Source: Thermoplasmata archaeon | Lineage (GTDB): Archaea > Thermoplasmatota > Thermoplasmata > Lutacidiplasmatales > UBA184 | NCBI GenBank assembly: GCA_030040625.1 | Contig: JASHTI010000044.1 | Coordinates: 1 to 34,380 of the forward strand | Reading direction: 5' to 3' | DNA: 34,380 nucleotides | In this document: positions 1 through 6,634 of the stretch, piece by piece | Layout: every line of letters begins with the position of its first letter | Position numbering within the stretch: the first letter of the stretch is position 1 | Made by a program: the position numbers and the translations under genes | Notes under the pieces: model-generated | Databases searched by the model: none | Seen by the model: the letters and a program-made list of their open reading frames with translations, nothing else | Told to the model about the DNA's origin: nothing

Positions 1-551
1 TCGTCAGCTGGTTTCAGGCTCTTTTCACCTCCCTTCCGAGGTACTTTTCAGCGTTCGCTCGCGCTACTAATGCGCTATCGGTCTCGGGACGTATTTAGGA
101 TCGGAAGACTGTACCTCCCAGCTCCCCGCGCGATATCCAACGCACGGTACTCAGGATCCCTCCAATCCGGCCTCTTCCGTTCGCCTACGGGACTTTCACC
201 CTCTACGGTCCGACGTTCCAGGCACGTTCGGCTTGAGAAGCCTGCCGGTACGGAGGTCCACTACTCCACATCTCCCCGCCCTCGTCGGGTGGGGATTCGG
301 TTTGTCCTCTGCCGTTTTCGATCGCCTTTACTTACGGCATCTCGATTGATTTCTTGTCCTCCCCCTACTAGAATGCTTTACTTCGGGGGGTTCCCCTTCC
401 TTTCGGAATGTCCCTTGCGGGACCGGAGTTCCGATTCGGTGATCGGTGGACCACAGGTTCCTTGCGCCTACCCACCGCTTATCGCAGCTTGGCACGACCT
501 TCATCGGCGCCCGAGCCTAGCCATTCCCCAACTGACAGGAGTCAGCTACAC
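1..551 (-). rRNA. rrl: 23S rRNA, 5' ~550 nt (domain I); continues off the left edge
   Basis: Reverse complement reads ...TGGGGAATGGCTAGGCTCGGGCGCCGATGAAGGTCGTGCCAAGCTGCGATAAGC...GAAGTAAAGCATTCTAGTAGGGGG...AGTACCGTGCG...GAAAAGAGCCTGAAACCAG, conserved archaeal LSU domain I motifs. GC is lower than the flanks. 5' end estimated by analogy, +/-10 nt. Confidence 0.97.
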
Positions 552-721
552 TGATTACGCTCGACAAGCGTCCAGAACGCGTGTGATCGGCGTCATCGGT
601 CCCCAGCGCCGGCACGGCGAAGGGACCCTCGCCCTTCCCCGGAGAGGCCCCGGCCTCCGCGGGTGCACGTGCCGACCGAACAGCTGCGCCGTGGCGCGGC
701 CTCGGTTTGTAGTGGACCTCT

Positions 722-737
722 CTATTAAGGCCTTTCG
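722..737 (-). promoter_or_regulatory. Archaeal BRE/TATA promoter for the stand-alone 23S rRNA gene
   Basis: Minus strand CGAAAGGCCTTAATAG: purine-rich BRE followed by TTAATA, ~170 nt upstream of the mature 23S 5' end; a rare AT-rich patch in GC-rich DNA. Confidence 0.75.
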
Positions 738-797
738 TGCGCGAAGCCGGGCCCCGGTCGGCCCGACGGGCCGCGCGGCGGTCGGGGGCCCGGCACG

Positions 798-1286
798 ATG
801 ACGGCGGTCGGCTGGGAGAACTTCTTCGTCGCCGAGGTCGGCGCCTCGGCAGCGCTCGCCGGGCTGCTGTTCGTGGGCCTGTCGCTGAACATGTCGAAGA
901 TCGTCGCCGCGGCGGCGCTCCCGAACCGGGCGCTGGAGGCGCTCGGACTGCTGGTGGCGATCCTGATCGTCGCCTCCACGCTGCTGGTCCCCGGCGAGGG
1001 GACCCGGCTGGAAGGGCTCCAGCTCGTCCTGATCGGCGGGACCGTCTGCGCCGTCACGACCGGGGTCAGCTATCGGAGCCTGCGCCTGGTCGAGCCGCGC
1101 TACCGACCGTTCCACGGGGTGGAGACCGCCCTGATCGGGCTCGCGACCGGCTTCTACGCGCTGTCGGGCGTCGTCCTGATCGCCTGGGGCGAGCCGGGCC
1201 TCTACCTCACCGTCCCGGCGGTGCTCGGCTCCTTCCTGATCGCGATCCTCGACTCCTGGGTCCTGCTCGTCGAGGTCAACCGCTGA
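798..1286 (+). CDS. Uncharacterised integral membrane protein (~5 TM)
   Basis: 162 aa, hydrophobic throughout, strong GC3 codon bias; N-terminal 'WENFFVAEVGASAALAGLLFVGLSLN' resembles a widespread hypothetical membrane family. Confidence 0.75.
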   Translation: MTAVGWENFFVAEVGASAALAGLLFVGLSLNMSKIVAAAALPNRALEALGLLVAILIVASTLLVPGEGTRLEGLQLVLIGGTVCAVTTGVSYRSLRLVEPRYRPFHGVETALIGLATGFYALSGVVLIAWGEPGLYLTVPAVLGSFLIAILDSWVLLVEVNR

Positions 1287-1296
1287 GGTCTCCGAG

Positions 1297-2046
1297 ATGC
1301 CGACGCGCTGCCGATGGGCGGAGGGGGACCCGCTCCTTCGGGCCTACCACGACCAGGAGTGGGGCGTGCCGGAGACGGACGGACGCCGCCTGTGGGAGAA
1401 GCTGATGCTCGACGGCTTCCAGGCGGGCCTCTCCTGGCTGGTCGTGCTGCGCAAGCGGGAGGCGCTCCGGCGGAGCTTCCGCCGGTTCGACCCCGCGCGC
1501 GTCGCCCGGCTGGGCTCGGCGGAGGTCGCCCGGATGCTCCAGGACCCGGCGATCATCCGCTCGCGGGCGAAGATCACCGCCACGATCGGCGGCGCGCAGG
1601 CCTACCTGGCGATGCGCGACCGCGGGGAGGAGTTCTCCGCGATGCTCTGGCGGCTCGCGGGCGGACGCCCGGTGCAGAACTCAGGTCCGATCCCCGCGTC
1701 GACCCCCCTCTCCGAGCGGATCTCACGGGAGCTCAAGGCCCGGGGGTTCCGCTTCGTGGGCCCGACGATCGTCTACGCCTGGATGCAGGCGGTCGGCATG
1801 GTGAACGACCACGCTCCGGGCTGCTACCGACGGCCGGTCGTCGCCCGGCTCGGACGACGATTCACCCCGCCCGAGGGCCCCGGCGCGCCGTCTAGCGCCG
1901 GAGCGCCGCCGCCCAGGCGCGGTGGTGCGGACCCTCGTAGCGCGCCGCGGCGTACCGGCAGAGCCCGTCGCCGTTCGGGGCGCAGCCGGCGCAGTTCCGC
2001 TCGGCCGGGACCGGCGCGCGGACAGCGTCGGCGCGGACCGTCGTGA
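1297..2046 (+). CDS. tag: DNA-3-methyladenine glycosylase I with low-complexity C-terminal extension
   Basis: RCRW, YHDQEWG, LMLDGFQAGLSW, IIRSRAKI, GFRFVGPTIVYAWMQAVGMVNDH...C; Zn ligands C/H/H/C present. The last ~70 aa are Arg/Pro/Gly-rich and overlap the convergent gene. Confidence 0.92.
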   Translation: MPTRCRWAEGDPLLRAYHDQEWGVPETDGRRLWEKLMLDGFQAGLSWLVVLRKREALRRSFRRFDPARVARLGSAEVARMLQDPAIIRSRAKITATIGGAQAYLAMRDRGEEFSAMLWRLAGGRPVQNSGPIPASTPLSERISRELKARGFRFVGPTIVYAWMQAVGMVNDHAPGCYRRPVVARLGRRFTPPEGPGAPSSAGAPPPRRGGADPRSAPRRTGRARRRSGRSRRSSARPGPARGQRRRGPS

Positions 2047-2689
2047 GCGCATAGCGGAGCCAGCCGGCCTCCGCCTCGCCGTACGGGACCTCCACCCAGC
2101 CCTCGTGCAGGCCGTCGCCCGCGGCGTCCCCGTAGAGGATGATCCCGTAGCGGGGCCGGCGGCCGAACGCCGCCTCGACCAGGCGGCACTGGGCGATCGC
2201 CTGCACGGTGTCGAAGAGGCGCCCGTGCGCCTCGTGGTAGCCGACGAACAGGTGGGTCGCCTTGTACTCCAGCGGGACGAGCTCGCGGCCCGCCAGCGCG
2301 ACGACGAGATCCGGGCGCCCGGCGAAGCCGAGCGCCGGGTCGACGAGGTTCTCCGGAGCCTGGCGGAAGCGGGGGTCGAGCCGGATCTGCTCCGGCGGGA
2401 ACAGGACCGGAAGGTCGTCCTCCTGCGCGTCCTCGTAGACGAGCTGGTCTCCGGCGCCGAAGGCGAGGCGTCCCTGGTTGACCCGCACGGCGCCGAGCGG
2501 CGGGGCGAGCAGCGGGGAGTGCCGGAGCGGCACCACATCCGCCGGGGTCCGCACGGCCGCCGGAACGCCGGTCGCGTCACGGTGGCGGCGGGACTTCTCG
2601 AGCTCCATCTCGTGCGGGCAACGGAAGTAGGCGACCAGGTCGTGCGGCGTCAGGTGCTCGGCGGGTACGGCGACAGGGGGGGCGAGCAT
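1892..2689 (-). CDS. cas4: Solo Cas4-like PD-(D/E)xK nuclease with four Fe-S cysteines
   Basis: N-terminal 'LTPHDLVAYFRCP', RecB-like 'GRPD...LEYK', 'QAIAQ' helix, C-terminal 'NCAGC-x7-C'. Start re-assigned to ATG 2689. Confidence 0.8.
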   Translation of the reverse strand: MLAPPVAVPAEHLTPHDLVAYFRCPHEMELEKSRRHRDATGVPAAVRTPADVVPLRHSPLLAPPLGAVRVNQGRLAFGAGDQLVYEDAQEDDLPVLFPPEQIRLDPRFRQAPENLVDPALGFAGRPDLVVALAGRELVPLEYKATHLFVGYHEAHGRLFDTVQAIAQCRLVEAAFGRRPRYGIILYGDAAGDGLHEGWVEVPYGEAEAGWLRYALTTVRADAVRAPVPAERNCAGCAPNGDGLCRYAAARYEGPHHRAWAAALRR

Positions 2690-2712
2690 CGCCCGAGCCT
2701 GCCGGTCTCGGT

Positions 2713-3678
2713 CTAAGAAGGTGCGGCTCCAGCGGAACCGCCCGCGGGGCGGCTGGACGGGTCCGCCGCGCGCCGGAGCGCGGCGCGGTCGCCCGCCGAC
2801 AGCGCGCTCTGTGCGAGGAGGACCTCGAGCAGCTCGCGATCGCTCCCGCCGAGCCGCACGGCGGCCCGCAGCGCGGCGTCGAGCGCCGCGGGACGGTGCC
2901 GCTCCTGCGCCCGCACCATGGCGTACTCGGGCCGGCTCACCTCGATCTCGGTCCCCTCGAAGTTCACGCAGGCCGTTCGGGCGGCCCCCGGTACGCCCGA
3001 GAACTCCGGCCACCGCAGGTCCGTGCGCTCCTCGAGCGGAACGGACCACTCGACCCGCAGCCCGTCACGAGGGGAGCCGACGAAGGCCCGGGCGCCGACG
3101 ACCAGCCGCTCCCCCGGCGGCCAGTCGGTCGGGGCGACCGGCTCGACGAGGTACTCCGCGAGCAGCGTGCCGAGCCGATCGACGCCGGCACGGCTCGTTC
3201 CCAGGTCGATGTCGTTCGGCGTTCCGCCCCCGCCCGCGAGGGTGACCCCCGCCGAGCCGCCGATGTACCAGGGGATCCCTTCGGACCGAAGGGGGCCGGC
3301 GATCCGTCCGACCAGCTCACGGAACCCGCTCTCGAACGGCACCGGCGCCCCCGCGTAGAGCTGGCGGAGCATCGTCTCGAGGACGAACCGGTGGCGGGCG
3401 TAGGCGGCGCGTACCCGGCCGGTCCCGGCGAACGGAAGGAGGTAGCGCCGATGCCAGCAGCGGGGTCCGCCGAACATGCACGGCGCCGCCGGGTGAACGA
3501 ACCCGAGCGGCTCCAGTGACCCGATCGGAGGGCCGCCGGCGTCGTCCCCGCCGTCCTGCGCGTGGTGCGTGAACGTCGTCGCCTCCCCGAGGCGGTCGAT
3601 CGAAAGCTGGTGAAGGAACCCACCCCCGAGGTCCGGCCCGCTGAGCATCTCGCTCGGGGCGGGAGGGCTCGCGGGCAT
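2713..3678 (-). CDS. Pol-beta-superfamily nucleotidyltransferase-like protein with N-terminal extension
   Basis: 'WYIGGSAG-x9-PNDIDL' matches the hG[GS]-x9-13-DhDh signature; N-terminal region contains HH and C-x6-C-x-H. Confidence 0.7.
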   Translation of the reverse strand: MPASPPAPSEMLSGPDLGGGFLHQLSIDRLGEATTFTHHAQDGGDDAGGPPIGSLEPLGFVHPAAPCMFGGPRCWHRRYLLPFAGTGRVRAAYARHRFVLETMLRQLYAGAPVPFESGFRELVGRIAGPLRSEGIPWYIGGSAGVTLAGGGGTPNDIDLGTSRAGVDRLGTLLAEYLVEPVAPTDWPPGERLVVGARAFVGSPRDGLRVEWSVPLEERTDLRWPEFSGVPGAARTACVNFEGTEIEVSRPEYAMVRAQERHRPAALDAALRAAVRLGGSDRELLEVLLAQSALSAGDRAALRRAADPSSRPAGGSAGAAPS

Positions 3679-3699
3679 CGGGAGGCGGGCCGGCCGGTC

Positions 3700-4566
3700 C
3701 TAGGTCGGCGGGGGATCGAGCTCCAGGGTCCGGGGCAGCGGGATGGCTCCGGTCTTGACGTCCACGTGGCCGTCGGCGCGGACGGCGTGCAGGTACTGGC
3801 CGCTGTGCAGGGAGGTCCAGCCCCCGCGCTCCCCGTCGAACGGCTCGCTTCCGACGATGACGTGGTGCGGGCTGGCGAGGTAGGTCATCTCGTAGTACCT
3901 CCGGCCGGCGTCCAAGAGACCCGGTCCATGGTCTCCGGTCCACAGGCAGAACGCCCAGAGGTCGGACGGGGACGGGGCGAACAGGACGTTCAGGCCGGAG
4001 AACGGCGGCAGTCGCGGATGGCCGAGCGCCTGCCAGACGCGCACCAGGTCCTCGACGCAATGGACGTAGCCCCGGAGCGGATCGTGCGTCTCTTCGGTGT
4101 TGCGCACCAGGAGCCAGAAGAGGACCTCGCTATCGTTCACCCCGCGCACCTGGCCCTCGTGGACCCCGAGGAACGGTCGCGTCTCGACCGGGAACGGGAT
4201 CGAGCCGTTGTGGGCGAACAGGGCCGCGTGGGAGTCGAACGGCTGGGAGTTCTCGGGCCCCAGCAGCTTCTCCGCCGGCAGGTTCAGCGGATTGCTGGCG
4301 TGCCGCAGGTGCCCCAGGACGAGCGGCGGTTCGCTCGCCTCGGCCGCCTTCACGAAGCGCGGACGCTCCGACTCCTCGAACGCCCCGTGGATCCCCTTCT
4401 CGACGTGGGGCCGGCCCGTCGGCGTGAACCAGCCGATGCCCCAGCCGTCGCGCTGGGCGGTCTCGGGGGTCGCGTGCGACTGGGCGAGCAGGGAGCGGTC
4501 GGCGCGGACCAGCCAGGCGTCGGCTGGGTGGACATCCGTCGTCAGCAGGCCGAAGAGTCGACACAC
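3700..4566 (-). CDS. Class II (Ntn) glutamine amidotransferase, YafJ/EgtC-like
   Basis: MCRLFG with N-terminal Cys nucleophile, DGWGIGW, GHLRHAS, NSQPF, FAHNGSI, NDSE, GSEP. Confidence 0.9.
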   Translation of the reverse strand: MCRLFGLLTTDVHPADAWLVRADRSLLAQSHATPETAQRDGWGIGWFTPTGRPHVEKGIHGAFEESERPRFVKAAEASEPPLVLGHLRHASNPLNLPAEKLLGPENSQPFDSHAALFAHNGSIPFPVETRPFLGVHEGQVRGVNDSEVLFWLLVRNTEETHDPLRGYVHCVEDLVRVWQALGHPRLPPFSGLNVLFAPSPSDLWAFCLWTGDHGPGLLDAGRRYYEMTYLASPHHVIVGSEPFDGERGGWTSLHSGQYLHAVRADGHVDVKTGAIPLPRTLELDPPPT

Positions 4567-4679
4567 GCCCGACCGAGCCGGGTCGCGTAGATAACGGCCC
4601 TCCGCGCGGGGACCCTGGTGGCCCTCCCGCCAGCAATCATTTAGAAGGCCCCGCGGGCTAGTCCCTTCGGGAACGGGCG

Positions 4680-5009
4680 ATGGTCGCGGTCGAGGTGACT
4701 CCGGCGGCGCGGGATCAGGTCCTCAAGATCATGGACCGGCAGCAGAAGCCCGGCGCGGCGCTCCGGCTCTACGTGCAGGGAGGCGGCTGCTCGGGACTCA
4801 CCTACGGCATGAGCTTCGACCACCAGGAGACCGGGGACGAGGTCGCCTACCGGGACGGGGGCCTGACCGTCGTCGTCGACCGGGCCAGCGCTCCGCTGCT
4901 CGACGGGCTCCGGGTCGATTTCCTGCTCGGCCTCGAGCAGTCCGGCTTCAAGATCGTGAACCCGAACGCGAAGGCGACCTGCTCGTGCGGCAAGTCGTTC
5001 TCGGCCTAG
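4680..5009 (+). CDS. iscA: A-type Fe-S cluster carrier (IscA/ErpA/HesB family)
   Basis: GGGCSGLTYGM, NPNAKATCSCGKSF; all three canonical Cys present. Confidence 0.95.
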   Translation: MVAVEVTPAARDQVLKIMDRQQKPGAALRLYVQGGGCSGLTYGMSFDHQETGDEVAYRDGGLTVVVDRASAPLLDGLRVDFLLGLEQSGFKIVNPNAKATCSCGKSFSA

Positions 5010-5029
5010 TGCGCGGCGGGCCACCGCGC

Positions 5030-5035
5030 TTTATA
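5030..5035 (+). promoter_or_regulatory. TATA box for the second A-type carrier gene
   Basis: TTTATA ~50 nt upstream of ATG 5082, with SD-like GGAAGGAGG at 5064-5072. Confidence 0.55.
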
Positions 5036-5081
5036 CTCGGCACGGCGTCTAGGCTTGGGGTACGGAAGGAGGGCCCCGCGC

Positions 5082-5522
5082 ATGAGCGATAGTGAAGGAT
5101 TGAAACTCAACGTTACGCAAGAGGCGCAGGATCAGGTCCGGGAGCTCATCAAGGGCCAGAAGCCCGGAACGGCGGTCCGCGTCTACCTCCAGTCCGGGGG
5201 CGGCGGCGGTGGCTGCGGCTCCGGCGGCGGTGGCTGCGGATCGGGAGGCTGCAACTGTGGCGACAGCCACGGCGGCGGCGGCCCGGCGTTCGGGATGGCG
5301 TTCGACCGGCCCCGCAACGGCGACCAGGTCGTTCCGATCGACGGCTTCTCGATCGTCGTCGACGATCTGAGCGCGGAGCTCCTGAAGGGCGCGACGATCG
5401 ACTACGTCCAGGACCTGAACGCCTCCGGATTCAAGATCACCTCGCTGACGGCGCCGACCCCCCCGACGGGGGCCGGTGGCGGTGGCTGCGGGTGCGGATC
5501 CGGCGGCTGCGGGTGCGGCTAG
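5082..5522 (+). CDS. Atypical IscA/HesB-like protein with Gly/Cys-rich insertion and tail (8 Cys)
   Basis: HesB core (VTQEA..., VRVYLQSGG, FGMAFD, IVVD..S...LKGATIDY..., SGFKI) plus GGCGSGGGGCGSGGCNCG insertion and GGCGCGSGGCGCG C-terminus. Confidence 0.85.
   Translation: MSDSEGLKLNVTQEAQDQVRELIKGQKPGTAVRVYLQSGGGGGGCGSGGGGCGSGGCNCGDSHGGGGPAFGMAFDRPRNGDQVVPIDGFSIVVDDLSAELLKGATIDYVQDLNASGFKITSLTAPTPPTGAGGGGCGCGSGGCGCG
5202..5239 (+). repeat. In-frame tandem repeat GGCGGCGGTGGCTGCGG, 2 copies at 21-nt period, encoding GGGCGS units
   Basis: Identical 17-mers at 5202-5218 and 5223-5239; a related unit recurs at ~5475-5519. Confidence 0.7.
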
Positions 5523-5606
5523 ACCGGGCCCGTCCAACCCCTTCCCCCCTTCTCCGCGACGCGGGCGCGCGACGCCGCTAAGCGGACGCGTCGCTACGCT
5601 GCCGAT

Positions 5607-6587
5607 GTGCCCTCCGCTCGCAAGCGTTCCGGCGCTGCGCCGGCGGTCGTCGACTGGCTGCTGGAGCCGGAACAGCCGGCGGTCCGCTACCGGACGCTGA
5701 CCGAGCTACTCGGGCGCCCCGCCGCGGACCCGGAGGTCCGGGCCGCCCGATCGGCGATCCCGAAGGTCGGGTTCGTCCCCGCGTTGATGGAGGGGCGCAC
5801 GCCGGACGGCGGGTGGAGCGCGGACCGCACCCTGTACGTGCCGAAGTACCTCTCCACCAACTGGCGAATGAACGTCCTGGCCGACCTCGGCGTCGACCGT
5901 TCCTGGCCGGCGATCGCGAAGTCGAGCGAGTTGTGGATGGCGCGATACCCGCTCGCCGGCGGCGGCGTCGGCGGCAACTCGAAGGGGACCGGCCACCACT
6001 GCCTGGTCGGGAGCATGACCCGCTCGCTGATCCGGCTCGGCTACGGCGACGACCCGCGGATCCGTCGGAGCCTCGACTGGCTGGTCGAGACGGCCGACCC
6101 GAAGGGGGGCTGGTCTTGCTTCGGCCGCGGTCGCAACCTCGACTCCTGGGAGGGGCTGAGCGCCTTCGCGGCGTACCCCCGCGACCGATGGACCGCGCCG
6201 ATGCAGCGGACCGTGGAGCGGGCGAGCGAGTTCTTCCTGGAGCGGGAGCTGCACCGGCAGGGGGCCGAGTACCCGCCGTGGTTCCGCTTCCACTATCCGG
6301 TCCACTACTACTACGATCTCCTGATCGGGCTCGATCTGCTCACGTCGCTCGGGTACTCCGACGACCGCCGATTGCGGTTCGCCCGCGAACACCTCCTCGC
6401 GAAGCGCCGACCGGACGGCCGCTGGCTCCTCGACGCTCAGCACCCGGATGTCGAGGGGGGCATGGCGGCGTGGTTCGCGCGACACCCGAAGGACCGGCCG
6501 ACCCCGCTGGAGCTCGAGGCGGCCGGCGCGCCGAGCAAGCTCGTGACCCTGACGGCCCTCAAGGTGCTCGCCCGACTCGGCGCTTAG
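5607..6587 (+). CDS. Uncharacterised alpha/alpha-toroid (prenyltransferase/terpene-cyclase-like repeat) protein
   Basis: 'DWLLE..QPAVRYRTLTELL', repeated PDGGW/PKGGW/PDGRW QW-like motifs, 'FHYPVHYYYDLL', 'PSKLVTL.AL'. Confidence 0.7.
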   Translation: MPSARKRSGAAPAVVDWLLEPEQPAVRYRTLTELLGRPAADPEVRAARSAIPKVGFVPALMEGRTPDGGWSADRTLYVPKYLSTNWRMNVLADLGVDRSWPAIAKSSELWMARYPLAGGGVGGNSKGTGHHCLVGSMTRSLIRLGYGDDPRIRRSLDWLVETADPKGGWSCFGRGRNLDSWEGLSAFAAYPRDRWTAPMQRTVERASEFFLERELHRQGAEYPPWFRFHYPVHYYYDLLIGLDLLTSLGYSDDRRLRFAREHLLAKRRPDGRWLLDAQHPDVEGGMAAWFARHPKDRPTPLELEAAGAPSKLVTLTALKVLARLGA

Positions 6588-6634
6588 CGCGCCGTCGCCG
6601 AGCCCTTTAGAGGGCCGGGGCGCGTCCGTCCGGC

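Noticed and set aside
746-794. 10-bp inverted repeat GCCGGGCCCC/GGGGCCCGGC
   Set aside because: All-GC arms are expected by chance at this GC content; no second copy or target-site duplication seen.
70-801. 243-aa ORF on the + strand
   Set aside because: Antisense shadow of the 23S rRNA and its leader.
1892-2689. CRISPR-Cas locus
   Set aside because: No cas1, cas2 or effector genes and no repeat-spacer array anywhere in the window.
5607-6587. NifH label that I recall being attached to similar proteins
   Set aside because: No P-loop or NifH Cys motifs.
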